Both the position numbers and the translations under genes were made by a program. DNA of 64,000 nucleotides, from contig NC_083234.1 of the NCBI RefSeq assembly GCF_032191835.1, positions 17,670,001 through 17,734,000 on the forward strand, given 5' to 3'. The notes under the pieces are model-generated. The model ran no database searches and was not told the DNA's origin. It saw only the letters and a list, made by a program, of their open reading frames with translations. This DNA is from Heteronotia binoei. Taxonomy: Eukaryota. Every line of letters starts with the position of its first letter. Positions within the stretch are counted from its first letter, which is position 1. Below, in pieces: positions 49,451 through 62,752 of the stretch.

Positions 49451-50953
49451 AGAAAGAAAGAGCACATTAAAATTTAGAGGTTCCAGAGCTGAGCTCCTGC
49501 CCAAAATAAGGCCTTGGGATCACTCAGCTTTTGTAAGCTCTTGAAAGTTTGGGTGGATTCTAGAACAGGTCAGTTCTACTCTGCCACAAACTGGAATGGA
49601 TTCTGTACTTTGTTTCAGAAGAAGCCTTGTTTCCTCTTTTAGTTGGGATCAGGGTCAGGGCACATAGCCTGTCTCTCCACCTTATATCTCTTCCATCCCA
49701 GATTCAGTGTCTGCTGCTCACTCATGCCCTGGCAGTAAGGCAAATTTATACAGGCAGAGATCTGTGTGGGATTTCTTTGTAAGTATTTCACAGGGGCCAT
49801 TGATCATTCTTGTTCTGAAACCCATGCTGGGAATAATGCCTCCTGCCATACTTCAAGGTAATTCTTGTTTTTCTTCTAAATATTTTTTCCGCTTACAAAG
49901 TAAAAGCAGTGGGGTGGAGTGATTTTCAGCAAAAAAACGGCAAAAAGAGAAAAATTAAGGAAACTCCATCCCATTGACTGGCCTTATGTTTGAAACAGCA
50001 GCCGTAGTGGCTTATCATCTCTCTGTGTGTATAAAATAAAAGCAGCCATGTCATGGAAAGCATGGAACTATGCATAATTCGTCCCCTAGACAATAGGTGC
50101 AGCTGTAGTGTTTGCTGTACAAACAGAACTGTTCAGTATCTTTTGACCTATTAACTGTATTACAACAAAGTATATTTGTAATGTGAATTGATGGCAAGGG
50201 GAGAAACAACAACGTATTAAAAAAAACTCCTGGCTAGAAACCCGCTCATTTAAACTGATGCCTGCAGCTAAATCAGGTAATTAGCCAGAAGAAAAAGAAG
50301 ACAGCTATATATATATATATATATATACACTGAACATGTGAAGCTCACTCTGGAACTGTGGTGTCTCTCATAGGGTTGCCAGGTGTCTGGTATTGACCCG
50401 AACAGTCCAGTGTTTTCAATCATTGTTTGTGGGGGCGGGGGGAGGAGATGTTACTGGACCTTTAATTGCCCTGGTGGCATCATGACTTTCCCAGCAGCCC
50501 AGTCAGAAAAGAAGACAGCCGAGCTGGGCAAATCAGTGTTATCTTGGGATCTCATGACAGATCCCTATCAGAGCATATAGGCTGGCCCAAACATTCACTG
50601 CTGTACCATCTAGTACATGCACACGATCAAGAGCAAGGATACTGCAAATTTCGGCACAAATACGGTTGTCATTCGTAGGCTCAAATTAGATGCCTCTGGG
50701 AAATCTTGGGTTTGGAGCTCCCATTCATTTTTTCCCCTTGGTTAAATAGCGGCAGATAATGGACTCAATTCAGACTGGGGCCATGGTTTAACCATTTTGC
50801 CCCCTGCTCTCTTTCCCCAATCTGAAACAGCCTTGATGATCTGCTACTTCAAAGATACAGGTAACATGCAGAGAGCCAGTTTGGTGTAGTGGTTAAGGGT
50901 GCGGACTCTTATCTAAGAGAACCAGGTTTGATTCCCCACTCCTTCACATGCAG

Positions 50954-52009
50954 GGTGGTGAGAACCAGAGAGGATTGTGAGGCACTCCAAAGGGATCTGT
51001 TGAGGCTGGGTGAGTGGGTGTCAACGTGGCAGATGAGGTTCAATGTGGCCAAGTGCAAAGTAATGCACATTGGAGCCAAGAATACCAGCTACAAATACAA
51101 GTTGATGGATTGTGAACTGGCAGAGACTGACCAAGAGAGAGATCTTGGGGTCATGGTAGATAACTCACTGAAAATGTCAAGACAGTGTGCGATTGCAATA
51201 AAAAAGGCCAACACCATGCTGGGAATTATTAGGAAGGGAATTGAAAACAAATCAGCCAGTATCATAATGCCCCTGTATAAATCGATGGTGCGGTCTCATT
51301 TGGAATACTGTGTGCAATTCTGGTCACCGCACATCAAAAAGGATATTATAACATTGGAAAAAGTGCAGAAAAGGGCAACTAGAATGATTAAAGGGTTGGA
51401 ACACTTTCCCTATGAAGAAAGGTTAAAACGTTTGGGGCTCTTTAGCTTGGAGAACGTCGCCTGCGGGGTGACATGATAGAGGTTTACAAGATTATGCATG
51501 GGATGGAGAAAGTAGAGAAAGAAGTACTTTTCTCCCTTTCTCACAATACAAGAACTTGTGGGCATTCGATGAAATTGCTGAGCAGTCAGGTTAAAATGGA
51601 TAAAAGGAAGTACTTCTTCACCCAAAGGGCGATTAACATGTGGAATTCACTGCCACAGGAGGTGGTGGCGGCTACAAGCATAGCCAGCTTCAAGAGGGGA
51701 TTGGATAAAAATATGGAGCAGAGGTCCGTCAGTGGCTGTTAGCCACAATATGTATGTATGTGTGTGTGTGTACATACATATACGCATACGCACACACACA
51801 TATATTGCACACACACATATACACGTACACACACATTTTATTTTTTATTTATTTATCCGAGATTTATATCCCGCCCTTCCCACTAGGTGGCTCAGGGCGG
51901 CTGACATATACACATACACACACACACATATATTGGCCACTGTGTGACACAGAGTGTTGGACTGGATAGGCCATTGGCCTGATACAACATGGCTTCTCTT
52001 ATGTTCTTA
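50954..52009 (+). mobile_element. CR1 LINE 3' fragment inserted in a Squam3-like SINE (50874-50953 and 52010-52205)
   Basis: ORFs 50889..51476 and 51473..51742 are CR1 RT; SINE resumes cctgctggaatgg after the CR1 tail. Confidence 0.93.
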
Positions 52010-52537
52010 CCTGCTGGAATGGCCTTGGATTAGCCATAGCTCTTGTAGGAGTTGTCATTGAAAGGGCAGCTGCTGTGAGAGCACTCTCAGCCCCACCCAC
52101 CTCACAGGGTGTCTGTTGTGGGGGGAGAAGATATAGGAGATTGTAAGCCGCTCTGATTCTCTGATTCAGAGAGAAAGGCGGGGTATAAATCTGCAATTGT
52201 AGTCTTCTTCACATGTTTCTCCAAACTGGAAAATAGTAACTCTGTGAGGGCCCCAATGGGGAAATTATACAAAGAAATCCCGTGCTATAATATAGGGTTG
52301 CTAATCTCCAGATAGGGCCTTGAAATCCCCAGAATTAGAACTGATCTCTAGTCTACAGAGATCAGTTCCTTGGAGAAAGTGCCTGCTTTGGACAGTGGGC
52401 TGTGTGGCATTTTACCCTGCCGAGGACCTTCCCCTCTCCAAATCCTTTTCATTCTAGGATGTATCCCTAAATCTCTGGGAATTTTCCAGTCTGGAGTCGG
52501 CTGGCCTAGTCTCTCATCTTCTCTCCTGCTTTTGCAG

Positions 52538-52678
52538 TTTTCTGGCTGGAGCCTGATGGAAGATGGCTCAATTCGAATCGAAGAGGCAACGGAAGAAGCT
52601 CTCGGCACATACACCTGCGTGCCTTATAATGCCCTGGGTACAATGGGCCAGTCCCCCCCTGCCCGACTGGTACTGAAG
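52538..52678 (+). CDS. IGSF9B: IGSF9B exon (~9), Ig4 C-half
   Basis: ttttgcag|TTT...AAG|gtatct; FSGWSLMEDGSIRIEEATEEALGTYTCVPYNALGTMGQSPPARLVLK; 141 nt, phase 0-0. Confidence 0.96.
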
Positions 52679-53670
52679 GTATCTCACCTACTGATGTTTG
52701 GCTAATCTGAACATTTTAGAAACAGCATATAAATCACATACAAAACTTTAGGACATAAAGGCTTACTTATTGCAAGGAGCCCCAGGGATATAGTGCATAT
52801 CTCTGGTTCTCAAATCAGATCAACTCAACAGAAGAAGAAAAAAAGAAGTTGCAGAATTTGCTGCTTTATGGGATCCTTCGTAGCCGTTGGTTCTAAGTGC
52901 TCTGATTTCATTTGATGGGATTGTGTCCTTTCTAGCTAATTGTCTCTGCTGCTGAGGTGAGCATCCCAAATTCTGAAAAGCTGAAAAAGACAGCACAAAA
53001 GACTAGCAAGAGGAGGAACTATGTGCAGTTATTGGAGGATGAATTCAGTGGAGAGGGCAGTAATTAGAACTACTGTCACCTTGGTCGAATGTCGAAAATG
53101 GGGTATGCATGTGTTCATTTATATATTTATCTGCTTTCTAGTCTGCCTTCCTTGCTGAGATGCAAGCAATGCAATGGAAGTGGTATGAGATATATATAAT
53201 AAACAGAAGACAGGAATAGAAAGTTAGAAAATGATGCAATAGTGCAGAAACTGGATTACAGGAATTAGGAGACAATGCAGTAAAAACAAGAAGTGCATAC
53301 AGTGAAGCTGAGAACTACAGCTTTTGTCCCCTTGTCCAAGCATCCATCTGAACAATTCCATTTCACTGCAGCTCTATTCCTTTTATAATAATGTCTGAGA
53401 GTGGTATGCAAGCGTCTGTGAGACAGTGAAGAGGAATTGGATTCGGAGAAAATGCCACACATAGCATTTGTGAATTTACAGGGGATACTTGTATGCATTC
53501 AAAGTGTCATCCGTTAATGACCGCACTAAAAGCTAGACGTTTAATTGTCTAAAAGTTCCCTAATTAGTCAGCAGTCCTGTTCAATGCACATTTGGTTGCA
53601 GGCTCACTGAGGATGGCTTGATGGATCTATTTCTCTCCCCCTCCCCCTTCTCCCACTATCCATGCTGCAG

Positions 53671-53787
53671 GACCCGCCCTATTTCACGGTGCTACCAGGC
53701 TGGGAATACAGACAAGAGGCAGGGAGGGAGCTGTTGATACCTTGTGCCGCTGCAGGAGACCCTTTTCCTGTCATCGCCTGGAGAAAG
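53671..53787 (+). CDS. IGSF9B: IGSF9B exon (~10), Ig5 N-half
   Basis: gctgcag|GAC...AAG|gtaccc; DPPYFTVLPGWEYRQEAGRELLIPCAAAGDPFPVIAWRK; 117 nt, phase 0-0. Confidence 0.96.
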
Positions 53788-56700
53788 GTACCCGGCCTGC
53801 CAGAAAAATCTGCAGTGCCTTTGGCTTTTGATGAATATTGCAGACAGAGAAGCCACACTCTGTCCCGGTAAGAGCAAACTGCAGGTGCAGCTGCTTTGCT
53901 TCAGGCTGTACCACCGCCGCCCCGTCCCGCAGGTGGGTGGGGGAAAGCCAGCTCCTTGCAAGAAAGCACTAGAACGGCAAAACATCCTTAGCAGCAGCAT
54001 CTGCAAAAATGAGTCGCTCCCCACCCCCTTTGTCTTGCTACTCTGTGCCAGTATCAACTGCAGGCCCTTTCCCCTCTCAGGCTTCTTTTCCCACCGCTTC
54101 TGTTTGCCGCCTGCTCAGTGTGCAGGACAGACGAACCTCTTTGTAAAAGAATGCTGAGATAGTGAAGTCCACTGAGTTCTCTCTCTATTTTGGTGTGCAG
54201 TCTATGATGTGTTACTAGAACAGGAGGTCCCTGTTAATTGAGGGGAGGGGCTTCAAAGTCTTCCCCTCCATGGTGTCTTCATAAACTTCCCTTCAGTGTC
54301 CCACTGTCATGATTTGTGTTTCCCCGTCACAGAGCATAAAAGACTCCTGTTGGGTCAGACCAAAGATCCATCTAGGCCAGTACCCTTTCCTACAGAAGTC
54401 ACTCAGTTCTGGAAAGCACACACAAGCGGGTGCAAAGGCAACAGCCCTCACTCACACTATGTAATATCCAACAGCTGTTATTCCGAGGTATACTGCCTCT
54501 GAACACAGAGGTTCCATGTTACCATGACGGATTGCCACTGATGAACTGCTCTTCCATATTTCTTTTCCCTGTAAAATCTTTTAAAGCCAGTGGCCGTTGC
54601 ATCAGTGAGTTCTAGAAATAATTCCATTGTATAATGGAGTATTTTCTTTTGCTTTGTTTGAATCTGCTGCTTGTCAGTTGGAAAAGATGAAGGTTCTCTC
54701 TATTCACTTTCTCTGGACCATTAAAACCATCTGCCCCCTCTTTCCAGCTATTTCTTCCTGAACTCAGAAGTTTCATTTCCTCATGTGAGAAGTGCCCTTG
54801 ATCATCAGAAAAGGTGTGCTGTGGCCGATAAACGCCTATGGTGGAATACAAATGTGTTTTTCCTTAATTTGGCAGAAGACTTCTACTTGGTTTCTCTGCT
54901 ATAGACTAACTTTCCTGCATTGCTGGGACGTGAACACTCTGCTTGTGTTTTTCTCCATAACACCTCTACCAGCAATGGAGAAACTTGCATTGTACTCATG
55001 GGGTGGGCCTTTCTTAGCAGCAAGATTTGCATCCGTCCCGCTTGGCAAATGCTAATGATGGTAGCTGCTAAATGCTACCTGGTAGCAGTGTACCCTTTCA
55101 TCTACAGCGGTCAATGCATTTTAGCAACTGTGGATTACCCAAGTAATTTGATACACTTTATTAGATTTATCATCTGACCGCTTTCTTCAGAGTTCATATA
55201 CTGGTTTTCCCTGGTTTTTATATACATCTGTCCTGGGAGAGAGGCTAGTCTGGATGACCCGATGTTTATATCAAAGTTACCAGTGAGCTTTATGGGCAAG
55301 CCAGAATTTGAACTCTTGTTTCCAGGGCCAAGTCCAGCTACTGACTGACGGCTATACCATGTTGGTTCTCAAGTGTGGAACAGAAATTAGGAATCCTCAG
55401 GGGCCTGGCATTCCAGGATATCCATTCATGGGACCTTCCTTACCCTAGTGAGGTTGCCCCTCTGTTATTGAGCCTGTTCAGATTGTAAGTTGGCACAGGG
55501 AGGGGTTTAATGACTTTCTGCGGGCAGAAAACCAGCACCGTGATCATCTAGGGGAGGTAAAACCTCCATGGACTAGATTTTGGTTTGCACAGAGGGGGAT
55601 ATTCAGAGCTGAAATCCACCACTTGCAGACTGAGCTGGGACAGTTCATTCGACCACTTTGTTTTCCGCTTATTTGGTGGCATGTATGAAACAGGCCTGGG
55701 GGTCCTGCTCACTCCGGGAAGAAAGCAGAAGCTCTTACAGGAGCTGGGCAGTATCACATGAGCTGTTCTAATGTATCAGCGTAAAGAGGCTTCTTAATCT
55801 CACTGGTTTCTCTATGATTATATCCTTTGGCCACAACACAAGGTGTTGGCATCAAACCTAAATCCTTACCTGATGTCTCCCCCTGCCCCCGCTCAGGAGG
55901 ACTAACTTTGAGCTTGAGTCGCAATGATGGCTTTTCATGACCCGTTGAGGCATATTCCCTCCTCTGCTATACACACATCCTTTTGCACAGCCTCTTGCCT
56001 CGCTCCCCTTGTTCTCTCCAGAATCCCCAGTTGTCTATCCTCTCCAGAATCCAATCCTACGCTGTCTAGTAGGGGGTTCACGGGACTCTTCTTTCACCCA
56101 AGTCCTTTGGGATCCCTTGCCTGTTAAGCTTATTCCATCCATACATCTCCGATAACATCTGTCTTTTCTTTTAATTTGTCGTAGTGCAAAAGGGAAGGGG
56201 AATTTTTTTTTTTAAAAAAAATGCTCCATCTGCTGCTACAGAAAAATTCTGTCCCCAGAAACTAGCAGCCCTAAGCAATTGTGTAGGATCATCTTCTAGG
56301 AGAATGGAAAAACCTGAATCCCCAAAGAAGCCTGGGGGATTGCCTCATCATGCAGCCAGAGTGATGTCATGGCAATTGCAGCAGAATCCATGAGACCGTG
56401 CTTCCATCTAGCGGCTGAAAGCAATAACTGTGCAACAATTTGTTAATTTAAAAACTCATCTACAGATAGAGAAACTAAATCATCCATCATGGCTGCCACA
56501 CCCATAGAATCATAGAGTTGGAAGGGACCTCCAGGGTAATTAGTCTAATCCCGTGCACAGTGTAGGAAATTCATAAATACCTCTCCCACCCCACACACCC
56601 AATGACTGTTGTTCCGTGTTGAGAAGATGGCAAAAAACCCCTTCAGGATCCCTGACCAAGCAGGCCTGGAGAAAATTGCTTCCTGACCCCAAAGTGGTGA

Positions 56701-58403
56701 TCAGCATTTCCCTGGGAAAGGGCCACGAGAATTGAGCACAGATGCAACCCTTCCTGCCCTGCCTCTCATGATCTGCCTAAGTTCACAGGATCCTCATTGC
56801 TGTCAGATGGCCATCTAGCCTTTGTTTAAAAATCTCCAAGGAAGGAGAGTCCACCACTTCCTGAGGAAGCCTGTTCTACTGAGGAATCGCTCAAACTGTC
56901 AGGAAGTTCTTCCTAATGTTTAGTTAAAAACTCCTTTGATTTAATTTCAACCTGTTGGCTCTGGTTTGAGCTTCCTCATCATCCTTAAAAATGGTGATCG
57001 TATCACCTCTCAGTTGTCTCCTCTCCACGCTAAACATACTCAAGCTTTTCCTTATAGGACTTAGTCTCCAGACCCCATATCATCTTCGTTGCCCTTTTAC
57101 TCATATCTTAGTCATCCTTCTTATTAGGTTTATACTTTTTGCTGTGGCACTTCCTGCTGGTGTCAACATATGCAGTCTTTCAGGTTACACAGAATTCTTC
57201 ACCTAGTTTCTGTCTCATGAATAGTTCTTCAGAATTTTCAGTCTTTGTTGACTGAAAGAAATTGATTCAATAAAAGGTTTAGTGGTATTTCTTCCCCATT
57301 TGCTGGTATTGCAACAAATGCTTACACTATTCCTGCTGGCACATTTACCTGAAAAAATCAGTACACCTGAAGTTCTAAATCTTTTCTTGAATCTTGAGCC
57401 CGCTTGCGGGATAGGGCAGGATATAAATCAAAATTAAATTAAATGTTGGAGAATGCTCACCCTTTGCTATTAAGTAGTAGTATCAGTTGCTCCTGCACAC
57501 AGAGTGCGGATTTTTTGGGAGCCCAGTTGGACTGGATCGCAAAACGGGGGGTGGTGAGTGGCTCTGCATCTCTTTTGGAAAGCCAGAAGCTAGAGTGTGC
57601 CAAAGGAAGACTGCATTCTACAAGTGCACCACTGGCTCGTTGCTGGCAGAGCTTCTGGCACTTGGTTGCTGGGATTTTTGCAAAGAATGCAGGACCACGT
57701 TGACCTTGGTCTGACCTTTCAAAGCCCTTCTAGGGCTTCTAAGCAATAGCGCATTCCAAGGATCATTCTGCCCTGTTTAGTCAGCCTGAGTATGAGGAAT
57801 CTTTGTAAATTTTAAAACACCTTAATATGTAACAAGGAGTCCAGGTTTTGCTTTTTAAATAGTATAACGTGTGTCTGAAATCATCCCTGTCATAGGCCCA
57901 GTAGACCAAGCGGTTTTTTATCTTGTCCCTCCCTTCCACATTGTAATTGGCTCCCCCCCTTCCCTGTCTTTTTACAACTTCCTCTTCCTGTTTGCAGACT
58001 TTATCTGTGCAGCGAGGCACTTCTGTGTGCAGCTCACAGATTCCATCCCTTGCTCTGCCTTTGCTTGTTTCTGCTACACTTTTGTTCTGCAAGTCTTTTC
58101 TTATTTCTCTGGCCTACCAGTTCTGCTCCCTGCTACTTTCTCCACACCTACCTTACCCATCCAGACTACCTCTGGGGAACTGGCTGTGGCTGGACTCTCT
58201 GGGTCACCAGTTTTGCATTTGGCCTTTGTTAGATGCTTACACTATTTCTAATGGCACATTTACCTGAAAAAATCAGTGTGACCCCAGCAGGGAGGGATAC
58301 CTCCAGAGTTTTGTCACCCTGCTTCCATACTCTTGCAACATGCCTCTGAGTTGTGTTTTCTCCCCCCTTCCTTTCCCTGTGCTTTCTCTTTTGTTTGACC
58401 AAG

Positions 58404-58554
58404 GTAGGGAAGCCCAGTAGAAGCAAGCACAACACCCTTCCAAGTGGCAGCCTGCAATTCCGATCTCTTAGTAAGGAGGACCACGGAGAGTGGGAATGTG
58501 TCGCTACCAACATAGTCACAAGCATTACCGCTAGCACTCATCTGACAGTCATCG
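58404..58554 (+). CDS. IGSF9B: IGSF9B exon (~11), Ig5 C-half
   Basis: tttgaccaag|GTA...ATCG|gtatgt (AAG acceptor); VGKPSRSKHNTLPSGSLQFRSLSKEDHGEWECVATNIVTSITASTHLTVI(G); 151 nt, phase 0-1. Confidence 0.95.
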
Positions 58555-61500
58555 GTATGTATGGAACGGTTTGAAAGGATCATTGGCATTTCCGACACCT
58601 TGGCCATTAAATATATACTGCAAATACTTGTGATTCGTCTTCCTCCTAATGCGAAAAGACTGTTGCTGAAATAAAGGATCTTAACATGCATTAAGTTTGC
58701 AAATCCCCCTATGTGCTTAAAAAAAACAGGAAAGCACAAGGTCTTGTGCAGTGAAGCTGGTTGTTCAGCAGTGATTCAGCAGGGCTTATGAGAAACCGTA
58801 TGCCCATGATAGGCAGTGCTGTGTTTTTGAACTGGCAACTGTACATAATGAACATATGAAGCTGCCTTCTACTGAATCAGACCCTCGGTCCATCCAAGTC
58901 AGTATTGTCTACTCAGACTGGCAGCGGCTCGCCAGGGTCTCAAGCTGAGGTTTTTCACACCTATTTGCCTGGACCCTTTTTAGTTGGAGATGCCAGGGAT
59001 TGAACCTGGGCCCTTCTGCTTACCAAACAGATGCTCTACCACTGTGCCACCGTCCCTCCCCAGTGATATAGTGATATAGGAGTCACAAATCTTACTAGTG
59101 CAACATTTGCATGCCTAGTTTTGCAGAAAGGTGGTCCAAACATGAGCAGAAGGTGTTCTGGAAGGTAGAAACATTTGCAGAAAGAAGCAGATAGCCTTTG
59201 TACATCCTTGGAAAATCACTGTTCCGAACGAAAGGAAGAGAAGGTGTCAGCAAACTGTATTGAAAACCAAAGAAGTGGTGGAGACTAGAACAAGGTGATT
59301 GAATGAGACATTTGGCAGCAAGGTCAGCGAGATGAAGACAGAATACAAGCATCGAGGACATCATGATTTAGTGAGAGGAACTCCTGTGCTGTGGCTGATA
59401 AAATGTCTTTTTATAGTGTAAAGGAGAACGGGAGGAGAATTAGTACTGAGTTGATGAGAATTGGCTGGCAGAGTGGGACCCTATTTGAATAATGAAAACA
59501 GAGAAAGATATTTACTTTCTACCCCACCCTTATATTCTAAGAAATACCCCAGAGGATGTAGAATGATCAAACAGAAACAATTGATATATTTAAAAACCCC
59601 AATAAATTCATGTAGCACCACCAATAAAGTGATAAATTGGCATTAACAATAATAAACATTAAGGGGTGGAATTCTAGCAGGAGCTCCTTTGCATATTAAG
59701 CCACACCTCTCTGATGTAGGCAATCTTCCAAGAGCTTGCAAAAAAGAACATTGTAAGCTCTTGGAGGATTGGCTACTTCAGGGAAGTGTGGCCTAATAAG
59801 CAAAGGAGCTCCTGCTAGAATTCCTCCCCTGATAATAGCAATGATTATGAATAAAGAGGAATGAAATTATTAATAAAGGTGTGGCTCTGAATGAGACTGA
59901 ACAAAGAAGATCAGAAATAGCTGTGTCATGCCTTCCAGGAAACAGTGGTGTGTCTTGATGGACAGTAAGGAGACTGCTGATTGAGATTCTCCCAACTGTG
60001 TTTCCCCCTTGGATTTTATGAATTGATCACATTTCAGAGACCGTTTTTTTTTTTTTTACTGTGACTTTTTGTGGGATTTCTTTGCTCTAGATGTCCTCCT
60101 CTTGAGTCCTCAGGCCCATACTTTTGTCTAGAGGATAATTAGGAGAAAGATGGACTGTTCTTCAGCATCAAGGAGAGATCATGTTTCAGATATGTTATCT
60201 TAGTGGCAAACAATGGATCTGAAGTCAGAAGTCAGAAATGGTTCCCAGGAAGAAGAGCAACATTTTCTTTTAATTTCATGCTCTGGTGATGCTGCCTCTA
60301 AATCTCTGCCTTTTTTTATTTTCTCCATGTCTCTAGATGGATCAGGAGGCAAAGAGGTTATTTCCTTCGTGGACTGAGCATGTTTCTTTCACTGTCAGGG
60401 TTCAGCTAGAAGGGTGTTTGGTTTCAGACTCAATATTTAGTTCGCAGTCTCCCAGATTTTAAAACCCAGTATCCATCCTAATTCTATTCAAGATCCCTTT
60501 CTGACATTACCTTAATCATTATGGACCTACGACTGATGGGGCCGATGGGTAACTTCAGATCAAGGATTCCAGGGGAGAAATCAGCTACACGGCACCTTTG
60601 TAGGCTGCTGAGAGGAGCCATTTTGTAGGGTCCTCTTGCTTGACTAGGTCAATTTGTTCAGACTGAGGAACAGGAGCCCTAAAGGCCACGTGGCACTTGA
60701 CCTTGTCTTAAGCTGGTATCTGCAGTCCCATTCTCTGATCTTCTGCAGTGACGGTGCTGCTGAAAGCAGGCCAGCGGCCCCCTTCCTCAGACAAGTGTTG
60801 CACTGGTGTAGATGAATGGGGCAACCTGGTCCCACTGCCGGTGTCCTGTTTGAGATTCTTGATGTGGAAGTGGGGCACCGTGAGCAGGAAAGGAGTGAGT
60901 CCTTCAGTGCCACACATCCGCACCTTTCAGGGAGAGTCTTTTGGGGCAGGTATATATATATTTTAACCAAGTAGATATTTACGTGCCTCATGCTCCATCA
61001 AAGATATTTGAGGCAGTTTGTCGTAGTTAAACAATCACTATAAAAATGAAGGCATATGCTCTTGCTAGGAAATATAAGGGGTACACCCATGTTCAGTTGA
61101 ATATTGAGCAGAGTGGCATTGCCCTTCACCGCTGTAGGTTCAGCTAAATTTGTGGATGAGCCTCTGCATGTACATGGTCTCTGTGTTTCAGTCTTCTCTG
61201 CACGATCAGGAGTCCTGCCAAAGACAGGGCCAGCGCTAGACTGTCTGGCATCCTAGGCAAGACTAACTTCTGATGTGCCCCCCCCCCGATGACATCACTG
61301 AGTCACATGGGGGCATCCAATTCAGTGTACCCCAAAGGTTGGCACCCTAGGCAATCACCTAGTTTGCTTAGTGGCAGGGCCGGCCCTGGCCAAAAGCAGA
61401 GTCTCTGAAGGCTTATCCGGAGCCTTATGGGCACATCCTTGTCTACTTATATGTTCTGTCCAGACCATGTGTGTGGGGTGGTGGCAGGGCCAGCTGGCAA

Positions 61501-62640
61501 GATGCCACTCCCTGCTGCATGTGTCAGTGAACTTGTGATGTCTGTGCAAGCAGGCCTATAAAAGACAAAGGCCTTGGACACACTTGTTGGCCCATCCCAG
61601 ACCAATTACCCTTTTGGTGATTTGAGTACAGGCTCTCTCCTTATCTTGGACTGTAAGATCAGCCATGCTGGATCACGTCAGTGGTCCATTTCGTCCACAG
61701 CATCCTGCTTCACACAGTGGATCAACCAAATGTTTCCGGGAAGCCCACAAGTAGGTTCCGAAGTCCAAAACCTCCAACTGTTGGTAACCTGAGCCCATCA
61801 GTGGAGGGCGGGATATAAATCTGAGAAATAAAATCCTGAAGCTTCTGGCATTCAGACTATTACTTCTGCTGAACATGGAGGTTCCCTTTAATCATCATGG
61901 CTAACAGGTCCATCAAGGGCTGTCTTCCGTCCGCCTTTCTAATCCCCCTTTGAAACGAACTAAACTGGCATACCTCATCAAATATGTGGCACATTCTTAT
62001 CTCTGTCCAAGATAATCCAGGCTAGCCTGATCTTTTCAGATCTCAGAAGCTCAAGAGGGTCAGCCCTGATTAGTACTTGAATGGGAGACCAACAAGGAAG
62101 CCCAGGATCTCTACGGAGAGGCAAGCAATGACAAACCATCTCTGTTGGTCTTTTTGCCTTGAAAACCCTATAGAGTCCCCATAAATCAGCTGTGACTTGA
62201 TATCAGCTTAGACATTTAAGAGCATCCAGATGGTTCAGCATCTGATGCAGTTCACGGTCCTTACTAACGCAGTGACAAGAGCTATTGAACGAACCTACTG
62301 CACAGAGCAGAAGAACTAGTTTTGCATAACATTTGGAGCTGATCCAGAGATATGCAGCGCTGCTTACAGATTCTGCAGTGCAAGCAGAAGTGTCTTCAAG
62401 AGAGGAGAAATGCAGTGGGAGGATGCCAGCTTCCTTCCTTCCTTTCTTGCTAATAGTGTTGCCAGAATTAATATTAATTTTTATAATTGTCCCCTGGAAA
62501 AAGCTGGGGGGAACCAACCCTCAAATGGTGGTATTAAGTTCAAAACCCAAGAACATCCTGGTTGCTTTGCCTGTAGGTCTCCACATCTCTCTGTTGCATC
62601 CTTATTTATGACTCTACCGTCTGTTTTCCCCTCCTTTCAG

Positions 62641-62752
62641 GCACAAGCCCTCACGCCCCGGGCAGCGTGCGTGTCATCGTCTCCATGACCTCTGCCAATG
62701 TCTCCTGGGAACCTGGCTATGATGGCGGATACGAACAGACATTCTCAGTTTG
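62641..62752 (+). CDS. IGSF9B: IGSF9B exon (~12), FN3-1 N-part; alternative donor extends the exon to 62764
   Basis: ctttcag|GC...TG|gtacgg or ...CT|gtgagt; (G)TSPHAPGSVRVIVSMTSANVSWEPGYDGGYEQTFSV(W)[YGP(L)]. Confidence 0.94.

Noticed and set aside
50889-51742. 195-aa and 89-aa ORFs as host genes
   Set aside because: SINE head fused to frameshifted CR1 reverse-transcriptase sequence; the same applies to 5146..5598 and 35169..35822.
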